64,000 nucleotides of DNA from an uncultured Mycoplasmatota bacterium. Lineage in GTDB: Bacteria; Bacillota_I; Bacilli_A; RF39; UBA660. The position numbers were made by a program, and so were the translations under genes. The DNA lies in the NCBI GenBank assembly GCA_900546275.1, contig URCH01000006.1:3513-67512 (forward strand), given 5' to 3'. Positions within the stretch are counted from its first letter, which is position 1; each line of letters opens with the position of its first letter. This document shows positions 20,456 through 31,253 of this stretch, piece by piece. Under the pieces are notes generated by a model, which was not told where the DNA came from, ran no database searches, and saw nothing but the letters and a program-made list of their open reading frames with translations.

Positions 20456-20747
20456 TCCATCTTGATGTATCTATTATACTTGTTCTTTCTAAACAAAATA
20501 AATCATAAGCTTTTTTTAAAGAATCGTAATCTATTTCTTTTCCATCTGAAAAGTATTCTGTTACAAAGCAATTAAAACCATTTCTCTCTTCTGAAAATAT
20601 TTCTGAGACTATTTCATCTATTGTAAATACTTCTTCTTTTCTAGCCATTGGATTGTTTACAAAATCACTATAGTAATTTTGAATTTCTTTTAGAATTATA
20701 TATTTTTTTTCGTTATCTACTTCTATTTTAAACTGTGTTGTTTTCAT
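20421..20747 (-). CDS. Hypothetical protein (108 aa) upstream of natAB-like genes
   Basis: ORF track; overlaps predicted ATPase start by 35 nt, so the ATPase start may be further downstream. Confidence 0.3.
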   Translation of the reverse strand: MKTTQFKIEVDNEKKYIILKEIQNYYSDFVNNPMARKEEVFTIDEIVSEIFSEERNGFNCFVTEYFSDGKEIDYDSLKKAYDLFCLERTSIIDTSRWIGEEEGKKRSR

Positions 20748-20756
20748 ATACTTCTC

Positions 20757-21800
20757 CTATCTAAAAATTCTTAATATATCATTATATGTTATAAATACCA
20801 TTAACAACATTAAAAGTCCAAGTCCTACTGTATGAATTATATTTTCTATTTTAGGATTTACAGGACTACCTTTTATTTTTTCTATTATTAAAAATAAAAT
20901 TCTTCCTCCATCGAACGCTGGAAGTGGTAAAAAGTTAATAAAACCTACATTAACGCTTATTATTGCCATTAGATAAACTAAATTAATTAAGCCTTCTTTT
21001 GCAGTTTCTCCTACCATTGTAAATATACCTATAGGCCCTGATAAATTTGTTAAACTTATCTTTCCTGTTATTAAATACCATATAACAAAGAACATGTATT
21101 CTATTAATTCAATTGTTTTAGTAAATGCATATTTAATTGAAGAAAAAAATCCTCTTTGTTTTTGATTGATTAATGAAAATCCATATTTATAGTTTGTTGT
21201 TCCATTTTCATCTACTGTATCTGCTTTAAATTTAGCAATTTCTACATTTCCATTTGCATCTTTATATTTTATTTCCACTTCTTTTTTTACGTTTGCAATT
21301 AACTCTAAACTAAGTATATCTTTTGTTGATGCTTTTTTACCGTTTACCTGTAATATTTCAAAGTTTTCTCTTAATCCTGCATTATATGCTGAACTATTTT
21401 TATCTATTACGCCTATATATGTTTCTTTTTTTGGGGTACCATTTATTAAACCTACTACAAATAAAAGTACTATAGCAAGTACAAAATTAAAAAATATACC
21501 AGCTATCATTATCGAAAATCTTTGTAACCAAGTTTTTGATTGCATTCTTTTTTCTTTTGGAATATTCTCATCTGGATCTATTTCTTCACCAGCCATTTGA
21601 ACAAATCCACCAATTGGTAAAAGTCTTATTGAGTACATTGTTTCATCTTTTTTACTTTTCCATTTAAATAATTGTGGACCCATTCCAATTGAAAATTCAT
21701 AGATATATACTCCTGCTTTTTTAGCAAACAAGAAGTGGCCTAATTCATGAAAAAAAACTATTCCACCAAGTATAAGAATAAAATATATTATTGTCATCAT
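20757..21800 (-). CDS. rseP: RIP metalloprotease RseP/RasP (site-2 protease)
   Basis: HELGHFLFAKKAGV motif, PDZ region, LDG motif in C-terminal TM. Confidence 0.85.
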   Translation of the reverse strand: MMTIIYFILILGGIVFFHELGHFLFAKKAGVYIYEFSIGMGPQLFKWKSKKDETMYSIRLLPIGGFVQMAGEEIDPDENIPKEKRMQSKTWLQRFSIMIAGIFFNFVLAIVLLFVVGLINGTPKKETYIGVIDKNSSAYNAGLRENFEILQVNGKKASTKDILSLELIANVKKEVEIKYKDANGNVEIAKFKADTVDENGTTNYKYGFSLINQKQRGFFSSIKYAFTKTIELIEYMFFVIWYLITGKISLTNLSGPIGIFTMVGETAKEGLINLVYLMAIISVNVGFINFLPLPAFDGGRILFLIIEKIKGSPVNPKIENIIHTVGLGLLMLLMVFITYNDILRIFR

Positions 21801-21812
21801 TTTTCCTCTTTT

Positions 21813-22613
21813 CTAAATGATTGATATAAAAAACATAAATCCTAACATTATAAATAATATACTATCAAATCTATCAAGTACTCCACCATGTCCTGGCATT
21901 ATGTTTGAAAAATCTTTTTTATTAAAATATCTTTTGATTGCTGAAAAAGTTAAATCTCCAAATTGTCCAAGTATTGATAAAAATAAAGTGATTATTATAA
22001 GAATGTAAAGTTGTAGACTATTATCTATAAAATTATGATAGAAAAGTGTTGCTATAAAGACACCAACTACTGTTCCACCAATCATTCCCTCCCATGTTTT
22101 TTTAGGGGAAATTTCTGAAATCATTTTATGTTTTCCTATTAACATTCCTGTAATATAAGCATATGTATCTGTCATTATAGAAATTAAAAATAAATATATA
22201 AGAAGTAATAAACTTTTTTCTCTAATAGAAATTAACAAAGAAAATGATGCTGCTATAAATATTAATCCACCCAACATATAAAATGCATCATTTACACTAT
22301 ATATTTTTCTATCATGATATAATATAGTTGGAATTAAATACATTATAAAAAGTCCGCTAAGTATTCTATAATCTATTGAAAATTCTAACACTGCCTTGCT
22401 TGAACTAAATAATATTATTAAACTTAGAAGTATATATGAAATAAATTTTATAAAACTTGGTAATTCTTTTTTTTCTTCTTTTATTTTAATAAACTCATAA
22501 AGTCCTAATACTGATATTATATATACTGCAACGTTAAATAAAGTACCGCCTATAAATAGTATTGGAATAAATATTAACATTGCTATTAAAGCGCTTATTA
22601 ATCTTGTTTTCAT
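21813..22613 (-). CDS. cdsA: Phosphatidate cytidylyltransferase
   Basis: Multi-TM with CTP-transferase 1 signature near C-terminus (GHGGVLDRFDS); conserved position upstream of rseP. Confidence 0.8.
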   Translation of the reverse strand: MKTRLISALIAMLIFIPILFIGGTLFNVAVYIISVLGLYEFIKIKEEKKELPSFIKFISYILLSLIILFSSSKAVLEFSIDYRILSGLFIMYLIPTILYHDRKIYSVNDAFYMLGGLIFIAASFSLLISIREKSLLLLIYLFLISIMTDTYAYITGMLIGKHKMISEISPKKTWEGMIGGTVVGVFIATLFYHNFIDNSLQLYILIIITLFLSILGQFGDLTFSAIKRYFNKKDFSNIMPGHGGVLDRFDSILFIMLGFMFFISII

Positions 22614-22679
22614 ATATCTACCTCACTATTACAATTATAGTATAAATACATTATTTTTACAAGAAAAAAAGAACTAATA

Positions 22680-22925
22680 TTAGATTGAATCTATATTAAT
22701 TCTTACTTTTTTTTCACCATTTATATAAGCTGCTGCTTGTACTATAGTTCTTATTGATTGAGCTGTTATTCCTTTTCTTCCAATAACTGCACCCATATCA
22801 CTTTCGTTTACTAATACTTCTATAGTTATAAAATCTTCTTCATCATCAAACTGTCTAACTGAAACACTATCAGGGTCTTTTACTAAACTTCTAATTAATA
22901 CTTCTGTTAATTCTGATAATTTCAT
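22680..22925 (-). CDS. KH-domain RNA-binding protein (YlqC/UPF0109-like)
   Basis: MGAVIGRKGITAQSIRTIV GxxG KH motif; 81 aa; 1-nt overlap with rpsP stop. Confidence 0.8.
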   Translation of the reverse strand: MKLSELTEVLIRSLVKDPDSVSVRQFDDEEDFITIEVLVNESDMGAVIGRKGITAQSIRTIVQAAAYINGEKKVRINIDSI

Positions 22926-23200
22926 TATTTACTTTCTTTTTTACTATTATGTCTTTTTGCAAGTATTCCTTGTTTTTTTAGAAGATCTCTTACTGTATCA
23001 GTTGGTTGAGCACCATTATCTAACCATTTATTAGCTAATTCTTCATCTATTTTAACTTCTGCTGGTTCCATAATTGGATTATATGTTCCAACTACTTCTA
23101 TAAATCTACCATCTCTTGGACTTCTAGAATCAGCTGCTACTATACGATAAAATGGTTTTTTCTTAGATCCCATTCTTTTTAGTCTTAATTTAACTGCCAT
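22925..23200 (-). CDS. rpsP: 30S ribosomal protein S16 (start corrected to internal ATG)
   Basis: [35 protein letters not shown]...; RBS GGAGGGAAAAAC before ATG at 23200. The ORF-track 5' extension lacks an RBS. Confidence 0.9.
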   Translation of the reverse strand: MAVKLRLKRMGSKKKPFYRIVAADSRSPRDGRFIEVVGTYNPIMEPAEVKIDEELANKWLDNGAQPTDTVRDLLKKQGILAKRHNSKKESK

Positions 23201-23275
23201 GTTTTTCCCTCCATTCACTTGTTTAATATTATCATAAAAAAGTAAAAGTGTCAACATATTTTAGTTGACACTTAA

Positions 23276-23803
23276 TTATATGTAATTTTCATCTACTTTA
23301 TCTATTTCTTTTTCCATATCTTCTGTTAATTCGTCATCTATTTCTTCCCATGGTTCTTCATCTTCTTCTATTGCTATTTTCATTTTTGTTTCTCCAACTA
23401 TTTCAACTCCTAATTCTTTTTCTATATCAAAAGTTATTCCATCATCAGTTATTTCTACTTTTGAACAAGTTGGTTGTTTTAATGTTCTAACTATTATATC
23501 TGTATCTCCGCTTAAATCAGCAGTTTCTTTTACTTTTACATTAAATAAATCATTATAATCTACTTTTTTATTTACAACTGTTGTTTTACTATCATTGTCA
23601 TATGAGTACCATATATTTACATCATATGTTCCATCTACCCCAACTTTTTCGCCCGTTTTATATCCTTTAAATTTATGGTTTATTACCCAACAACCAAGTA
23701 CAGTAGTTGGTTTGTCTTGTACTTCTATTGAATAATTATTTTTAAAATATTTTTTACCTTTCCCAACAACTGCTTTTGTAACTATTTCTTTAAATGATGC
23801 CAT
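23276..23803 (-). CDS. cotE: Spore coat morphogenetic protein CotE (start corrected)
   Basis: MASFKEIVTKAVVGKGKKYF...ILGCWVINHKF...YDVNIWYSYDND...LKQPTCSKVEI...VVGETKMKIAIEEDEEPWEE match CotE conserved blocks; RBS GTGAGGGGTGAAAAT before ATG 23803. Confidence 0.75.
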   Translation of the reverse strand: MASFKEIVTKAVVGKGKKYFKNNYSIEVQDKPTTVLGCWVINHKFKGYKTGEKVGVDGTYDVNIWYSYDNDSKTTVVNKKVDYNDLFNVKVKETADLSGDTDIIVRTLKQPTCSKVEITDDGITFDIEKELGVEIVGETKMKIAIEEDEEPWEEIDDELTEDMEKEIDKVDENYI

Positions 23804-23906
23804 ATTTTCACCCCTCACTTTAAGATATGCAAATGTACTATAAAAGTTCACAAAAAAAGAACTAAATGTTCTTATCAACTTTTAATTCTTAGAGCTTTTA
23901 TTTACT

Positions 23907-25781
23907 TTATTTTGATACATTAAAAACAGTATCTAATTTTTGTTTTATTTGTTCTTTATTAAATGGTTTTGCAATATAGTCAACAAATCCTTCACTTACA
24001 TATTTTTCTTTTGCTCCTGCTACTGCATCTGCTGTTAAAGCAATTACTGGAATTTTAAAATTTAAGTTTTCCTTTAATTTTTTCATTGCTGTTTCACCAC
24101 TCATATTTGGCATCATTATATCCATTAAAATTAAATCATATTCATTTCCAACAACAACTTTATTTAAACATTCAATTCCATCATAACATTCATCAATTTC
24201 AAAATCGAAATCAGAAAGAGCTCTCCTTGCTACTTTGATATTTAATTTGTTATCATCAACAATTAATATTTTTTTATGTCCATAATCAATACTAGTTACT
24301 TTATTATTTACATTATTAAATAATTTTGAAGCAGTATCCATTATTTCTTTATCAGTCATTGGTCTTTGAAATTTACTAACTTTTTGTGGGAGATTTATCA
24401 CAAAAACTGAACCCTTTCCAAATTGACTGCTAACGTTAATTTTTCCTCCCATCATTTCTGTTAACGCTTTAGTTATTGCAAGTCCAAGTCCCGTTCCTTC
24501 AGTTGTTGTATTTTTTTCAATATCTAATCTTTCAAATTTTGTAAATAGTTTTGATATATACTCTTTTTTTATTCCTCTTCCTGTATCCTGACATGTAATT
24601 ATTAAATTAGATAATCGTTTATTATAATCATTAACACATTTAACATTTAAATTGATTTCTCCTTGTTCTGTATATTTAATTGCATTAGTTAAAAGATTAT
24701 TAACAATTTCTTTTACATGAACTTTATCACCTATTAATTCATATGGTAAATCATCCGATATATTTAAATTAAACTTAATATCTTTTTCTCCAATTCTAGT
24801 TGCAGTAACTTTGCACATACTTGTAATGCTTTCTCTAAAATCATAAGGATTTTCTACAATTTCTAATTTTTCGGATTCTATTTTATTTATATCCAAAATA
24901 TTTCCAACTATTTCAAGTAGTGTTTGAGATGCATTCATAATATCACGTGAGTTTTCTATTACTTCTGGAGGGCATTTTTCCATATAAGATAAATTATCTT
25001 CCGATAAACCAACGATTGCATTAAGAGGTGTTCTTATCTCATGAGACATACTAGATAAGAAATCACTTTTTGCCCTATTTGCTTTTTCTGCTTGATCTCT
25101 TGCTAATTCTAATTTTGCAATCATTTTTAAATCTGGATTTTCAATTGTAAAATACATTAAACAGCAAACTAAACTTTCCATAGCTGTTGTTATTACTAAT
25201 TCAGGGTGTTTCATCTGAATAACCATAACGCCTAACCCAAATAATAAATATAACCAAATTGGTATAACCTTTTTACTTAAACCACCATTTTTTCTTTTTA
25301 CAATTAGAATTGTAAATATGACTAAACTTAATATTCCAGATAACGTAAAAATTGTTTGAACAGCTGGGCCATATGTATAATAAATTTTTTGTGAAACATC
25401 TCTATGCAAACTATATGGAAGTACAAATACTATTATAGTTATTAATACATCGACTATTATAGTTATTATATTAGCAATCCTTTTATGTTTGAATGAAATT
25501 TCAATTAAATAAAAAATTAATAATGATATGAAAACAATAAAATATACTAAATACAATCGTAATATAAAATCACTTATAACGATGGGTATTACATCATACT
25601 TATAAGATACAAAATCACATAAAAATTGTAATACTAAACCAACTAAATTTGTTATAAGAATATATTTATATATTTTATTTTCTCCATTATTTAATCTTGT
25701 CTTAGAAAAATATAAAAAAGACAAGGCAACAATATATACAAAACTAAAAATTATTAACCATGTAAGATTTGAAATAACCAT
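23907..25781 (-). CDS. Hybrid sensor histidine kinase (multi-TM sensor + HisKA + HATPase_c + receiver)
   Basis: H-box [11 protein letters not shown], ATPase G-boxes, C-terminal REC ([10 protein letters not shown]...[11 protein letters not shown]). Confidence 0.8.
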   Translation of the reverse strand: MVISNLTWLIIFSFVYIVALSFLYFSKTRLNNGENKIYKYILITNLVGLVLQFLCDFVSYKYDVIPIVISDFILRLYLVYFIVFISLLIFYLIEISFKHKRIANIITIIVDVLITIIVFVLPYSLHRDVSQKIYYTYGPAVQTIFTLSGILSLVIFTILIVKRKNGGLSKKVIPIWLYLLFGLGVMVIQMKHPELVITTAMESLVCCLMYFTIENPDLKMIAKLELARDQAEKANRAKSDFLSSMSHEIRTPLNAIVGLSEDNLSYMEKCPPEVIENSRDIMNASQTLLEIVGNILDINKIESEKLEIVENPYDFRESITSMCKVTATRIGEKDIKFNLNISDDLPYELIGDKVHVKEIVNNLLTNAIKYTEQGEINLNVKCVNDYNKRLSNLIITCQDTGRGIKKEYISKLFTKFERLDIEKNTTTEGTGLGLAITKALTEMMGGKINVSSQFGKGSVFVINLPQKVSKFQRPMTDKEIMDTASKLFNNVNNKVTSIDYGHKKILIVDDNKLNIKVARRALSDFDFEIDECYDGIECLNKVVVGNEYDLILMDIMMPNMSGETAMKKLKENLNFKIPVIALTADAVAGAKEKYVSEGFVDYIAKPFNKEQIKQKLDTVFNVSK

Positions 25782-25849
25782 AAACTCACTCTCCTATATT
25801 AATATTTTATCATATAAATATGGGATTTTATATAAAAAAAATTATCCCA

Positions 25850-27670
25850 TTAACGAGATAATCTTTTTTGTTTACCTGTTTCAATAACTTTATTAATTAC
25901 AACAAAACCATCTTTTTCTTGTTTCATTTTTGCAACATCTCTTTTGCCAGATTTAGCATATGGAAAAGATTTTCTAATTTTAAACCTATATGGTACCATA
26001 TTTTCATTATTAGTTTTTTCATAAATATATTGTTGTATATTATGTAATTCTTCTTCTAAATAATCTTCATTTGCTTCTATTATTTTTTGAAGTTCTTCAG
26101 TAAAGATTATATGTACTGCTAATTCTTTCATTCCATTATCATCAAATTCTAGTACATCGCATATTTTAATATTATCTAATTCCATTATAATGTTTTCTAT
26201 GTCAAAATTATAGATTTTTTCTCCATTTATAATTGAATAATCACTCGTTCTACCTTGAACAAATAAATTACCTTTCTCATCAATATATCCGACGTCTCCC
26301 GTACAATTCCATTTTGTACCATTCTTATCAATGTGGAAATATTCTTCTGTTGCTTTTTTATTTTTATAATATCCTAGCATACTACATGGAGTATTAGCTA
26401 AAATTTGGCCTCTTTCATAATAAGGTAATTCATTAAACTCATTATCGAAAACACCAATTGTAATTCCAGGTAATGGAATACCAACAGATCCTCTTGTATT
26501 TTCAGCCATTTGGGTTTGTGTTGTTATTGCTGCTCCACATTCACATTGTCCGTAAGCGACTCTTAATGGAGCATCATTTCCATGTTGTTTAAATACTGTT
26601 TCAATTTTGGTAGCGACTTCATCACTTAATGGTTCTCCACCCTCAAATGGATAATTAAAAAATGATAAATCCTTATTTTTAACTAATTTTTCATCTAAAA
26701 AACCTTCATACATGCTTGTTGGAGCAACACAGTAGTTTGGTTTTGCTTTAACAATATTTTTTACAAAAATATCTCTTTCAAATCTTGGGTCCATAAATAC
26801 AGAAGTTCCATAGGATAATGGTAAATGTATTGATGTACTTAATCCAGTTGAATACCAGGGTGGTATAATTTGATAAAACTTTTGTCCTCTTGAAATATCA
26901 ACGCCTGACGCAGGATATGCTTGAATTGAGTTTTGGAAACTATCATTTGACAATAATATTCCCTTAGAGGCACCAGTTGTTCCACTTGAATATACCATTG
27001 TTAATGGCAAATCTTTTTCATATGGAATAGTTGTAGTTTCTTCTCTATTTCTTCCATCTTTGATAAATTGATTCCAATATAATTCATTACTATGACTATC
27101 TAATTTATATGTCTTAGAAATGAATCTTAATATTGATGAATTTAAAGTTGGAAGAATAACTACGTTTTTAATTCTTGAATTTTTAATTGCATCTTTTAAT
27201 TCTGGATAAAATTCATCCATTATTATTAATATATCACTTTCACAATCATCAATTCTTGCAATCAAATCTCTTTTTTCAAAATGTGGAGCAATCATATTAG
27301 CAACTGCACCTAATTTTGATAACGCATAAAATGAATAGACAGTTTCTGGAACCCCTGCTGAACAAATTGTAGCAAATTTTCCTTTTTTTATTCCATATTC
27401 CTGAAATGCCTTTGCAGTTGCTTCAATGTTTTTAAAAAGTTTAAAATAATTTATATGACTTCCAAAAAATTCTAGTGCTAAATCTTTTGGAAATGCAAGA
27501 TTATTATTATAAATCTCTTGAAATACGGTTCTTTTTGGAATTTCTTTTTCTAATTCTTTTTGATTATAATTTATAGTCCATGGTTTATCTATTGTTGGAT
27601 ACCCACTTAATTTTGATGTTTCAAGATTTAACAAATCTTGTTTTACCTTTAATAATTCTTCTTTTGTCAT
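25850..27670 (-). CDS. AMP-dependent synthetase/ligase (ANL superfamily)
   Basis: AMP-binding motif YSSGTTGASKG; 606 aa. Confidence 0.8.
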   Translation of the reverse strand: MTKEELLKVKQDLLNLETSKLSGYPTIDKPWTINYNQKELEKEIPKRTVFQEIYNNNLAFPKDLALEFFGSHINYFKLFKNIEATAKAFQEYGIKKGKFATICSAGVPETVYSFYALSKLGAVANMIAPHFEKRDLIARIDDCESDILIIMDEFYPELKDAIKNSRIKNVVILPTLNSSILRFISKTYKLDSHSNELYWNQFIKDGRNREETTTIPYEKDLPLTMVYSSGTTGASKGILLSNDSFQNSIQAYPASGVDISRGQKFYQIIPPWYSTGLSTSIHLPLSYGTSVFMDPRFERDIFVKNIVKAKPNYCVAPTSMYEGFLDEKLVKNKDLSFFNYPFEGGEPLSDEVATKIETVFKQHGNDAPLRVAYGQCECGAAITTQTQMAENTRGSVGIPLPGITIGVFDNEFNELPYYERGQILANTPCSMLGYYKNKKATEEYFHIDKNGTKWNCTGDVGYIDEKGNLFVQGRTSDYSIINGEKIYNFDIENIIMELDNIKICDVLEFDDNGMKELAVHIIFTEELQKIIEANEDYLEEELHNIQQYIYEKTNNENMVPYRFKIRKSFPYAKSGKRDVAKMKQEKDGFVVINKVIETGKQKRLSR

Positions 27671-27922
27671 ATAAAATCACCTCTAATACCCTCTTATAAT
27701 GCCAATACTTCCCTTTTTTGTGGCTTATCTTACTATAAAAAATTAATTTTGTCAAACTAACCTAATAAACTAATAAACCTCTAATGATATAAAAAAAATT
27801 TAGTATTATGTACTAAATTTTTTACATTCTACTATTTTCACTACACAATTCTAAAACTCTCTTCATTGTATTAACTGTTCTAATTGTTATACTATCTTTT
27901 ATACTAGTACTTGCAGTTTTAA

Positions 27923-28372
27923 TCACAAATTTGATTTCTTATAGTTTTTTAAATTATATGACCAAAATATAACATTATTATATTCTTTTACCATTTCTAT
28001 GTTTTCAGAAATTTTTCCTAATTGATTATATACATTTATATAATTTGCTGGTGGAATTATAAAAATAATATTATTATAAAACGCTTTATCTTTCATTTTA
28101 ATCCAACTTGGAATATTTTCAAATATATTATTTAATTCATCAAAAGTAAGAATATGAATAGGAATTTTTAAATTAAACTTGTCATTTATTATTTTTAAAA
28201 TTTGATTTGTTATATTCTTTTTACTTTCGAAAGATTCTAAAATTATATTTCCACTATTTAAATATGTCATTACATTATTGTACTTTTTTTCTAATTCAAT
28301 TTTTAATTCATTCATTGATATTTTATTTTTTTCACTAATATTTGTTTCTCTAAGCAATACTATATATTTCAT
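27923..28372 (-). CDS. DUF1697-family protein
   Basis: MKYIVLLRETNISEKNKISMNELK...YLNSGNIILES matches DUF1697 N-terminal pattern. Confidence 0.45.
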   Translation of the reverse strand: MKYIVLLRETNISEKNKISMNELKIELEKKYNNVMTYLNSGNIILESFESKKNITNQILKIINDKFNLKIPIHILTFDELNNIFENIPSWIKMKDKAFYNNIIFIIPPANYINVYNQLGKISENIEMVKEYNNVIFWSYNLKNYKKSNL

Positions 28373-28404
28373 TAAAGTACCCTTTTTTTATAACACAAAT
28401 AATT

Positions 28405-30409
28405 TTACATTTTTTCTTTAATTATGTTTTTACTACATAAGTAAGTTACTACAAAATATATAGAATATATAATAATTAAAAATATAAAGGTAATTATTGA
28501 ACCATCTAAAATACTTTTTATTCCTAAACTACTTAAAATATATGTACAAAATTTAAGCCCAAATATAGTATGAATTATCGCTAATGACAAAGGTGTTATA
28601 AAAAATATTAAAGTTTGTTTAAATAATGCTTTATTTATATCTCTTTCATCAGATCCTATTTGTCTTAAAACTTTATATTTATTTTTATCATCTAAACAAT
28701 CTGATAATTCCTTTAAAGCTAAAATTACAGATGAAGATATTAAAAATATTATACCCAAATAAAGTCCAATAAATGTAACAATAACGGAAAGACCTATTGA
28801 TGCAGCTTTTATATCATTTTTTGTATCTAAATCATAACCATTTTCCGTTGAATAATATTTTAATTTATTTTCTATATAATTAATTTTATCTTTATCTGTA
28901 GTAGAATAATTTCCAATCAATATTTTATTGTTTTCAGAATTAGAATCAATTACATTATTTGGAACAACGAAAAATCCCATATTAGTTGGATTTCCACTAA
29001 TTTTTACAAATCCTTCTATACTTTTATTTAAAGCTGGAGTTAATTCTTTACCAAATATGTTAATTATGCTTTTTCTATTCATTACCTCATCATATATTTC
29101 TTTTTCATAATTTGAAACAATAACATATTCATTATCTTTTAATGTTATTTCATCTAAATTAAATAATTTTGATATTTTATTATAATCACTTTGCGAAATA
29201 ATTTCTACTTTTGAATTATAATTTGCAAATGGGGATTTATTTTTTAATTCTAAATAATAATTTCCTAATGATTCTTTATATAACATATTTTCATCATAAT
29301 ACTCATTAATAATAGTTAAATTTATATTATTTTTTAATTCTATATCATTATTGATTAGATTAAGCATATCTTCATCTGATACTTTGTTTTGATTATAATA
29401 ATACTTAATAAGTTCAAAATCTGCTGGTGCATATTTATTAATAGAATTATTAAAATAATTTTTTATAGTAAATGTACTTGATAACAAACACAAGGTAAAA
29501 AATAACATAATACAAATAACAGATATAGATACAACCATTGTATTTGTTTTACTGCTGATTTGTTTAAAAACAAAAGTATTTAATTTTTTATAATATAATT
29601 TATGACATTTAGATAAGTATTTTTAAAACCAAACCTGCTATAGAATAAAAGAATAATATTGTTCCAACTATTCCAAGTGATATTGGTAAAAATAATATAC
29701 TTGCATCATATTTTATTAATTTAAATAAACGTTTAGTTACCATATAATATGCGGATGAAAGCATGAGAATAGATAATATAAATAATATTATACAAACAAT
29801 AGGATTTTTAAATTTAATCTTTTCTTGCTTTTTACTTGCTTGTAATAAATTTATAAGTTTATTTTTATTTACTATGATTGTATTAAAAATCATTACAATA
29901 ATATAAATAATACCATAATATAAAATTGTTTTCATCATAGCAGTTTTTGAAAAATTAAATCTAAAATTTGTCATATCAGCTTCAAACATGTTGGCAACAA
30001 AAACACTATTAATTTGAGATAAAATCATACCTAATAATAAACCAATAATTAATGAAATAAGACCTATTAAAAATGTTTCTATTAATAATAAAAATGATAT
30101 TTTTCTTTTAGAAATTCCAAGTGTCATGTAAATTCCAAAATATTTATTTCTTTTTTTTATTAAAAATCTAGACGCATATATAATTAAAAATCCTAAAATG
30201 AATGATACAAAAACTGATACATATGATAGTAAGCGAGTTAATAAATCTATCATTTCTCCTTGTCTATTTGACACTTCTAACATAGCAGTTTGACTGTCCA
30301 TTGAATTAAAAATATAAAATATACAAACACCAAGTATTAAAGTTACAAAATAAATTGCATAATCTTTAAAACTTTTTTTAATATTTGAAATAGATAATTT
30401 ACAAAGCAT
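28405..30409 (-). pseudogene. BceB-type FtsX-domain ABC permease, split into two ORFs (29609..30409 = TM1-6; 28405..29538 = TM7, extracellular domain, TM8-10)
   Basis: Two adjacent ORFs together give the 10-TM BceB architecture (266+377 aa). Manual reading of the 66-nt junction shows different frames and an in-frame stop upstream of the second ATG. Confidence 0.55.
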
Positions 30410-31238
30410 CGTTCATTTCACCGCCCAGTAAAGTAACTACATCCATTATATTGTCAAAAAATTCTTTTCTAGATAAATTTTCTTTATTTAGTTCACTGAA
30501 TATTTTTCCATCTTTTATAAATATAACACGTGAAGCATAACTTGCTGTAAAAGCATCATGAGTTACCATCAAAATTGTAGAATTTAGTTTTTTATTTAAA
30601 AACTCAATGCTATCTAACAATTGTCTTTATGATTTTGAATCAAGAGCGCCAGTTGGTTCATCGGCTAAAATCAAACTAGGATTTGTAATGATTGCTCTAG
30701 CACTTGCTATTCTTTGTTTTTCACCACCACTCATTTGATATGGATATTTATTAAGTATTTTAGTTATATTTAATTTTTCTGCCATATTATTTATTCTTTC
30801 TTTTTGTTCTTTATATGGTACATTTTGAATAGATAGAGAAAGTGAAATATTTTCATATCCTGTTAAAGTATCAAGTAAATTAAAATCTTGAAAAATAAAT
30901 CCTAATTTATCTCTTCTAAATTTATTTAGTTTATTTCCTTTTAATTTTGTAATATCTTCCCCCTCTACATAAATATGTCCTGATGTTACTTTGTCTATTG
31001 TAGAAATCATATTTAAAAGTGTAGTTTTCCCTGAACCACTTGCTCCCATTATAGCAACAAATTCTCCTTTTAAAACTTCCATAGAAATATCATTAATAGC
31101 TTTTGTTAAGCTTGATTTACTTCCATAATATTTTTCTACATTAGATAATTTTAAAATATTTTCCATAATATTTCTCCTTTCGTAATTAATTATATTAAAG
31201 TTATAATAATTTGTCGCTTGTTTAATATTACACAACAT
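30399..31238 (-). pseudogene. BceA-type ABC ATPase interrupted by in-frame TAA (30627..30629)
   Basis: 203-aa ORF ends ...ADEPTGALDSKS*. Same frame continues RQ-LLDSIEFLNKKLNSTILMVTHD (the expected post-Walker-B H-loop region) as the 73-aa ORF with TTG start. Confidence 0.65.
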
Positions 31239-31253
31239 TACATTTTAGTAATA

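Noticed and set aside
27671-27922. Checked 250-nt intergenic region for RNA gene or terminator
   Set aside because: No convincing stem-loops or conserved riboswitch cores seen by eye.
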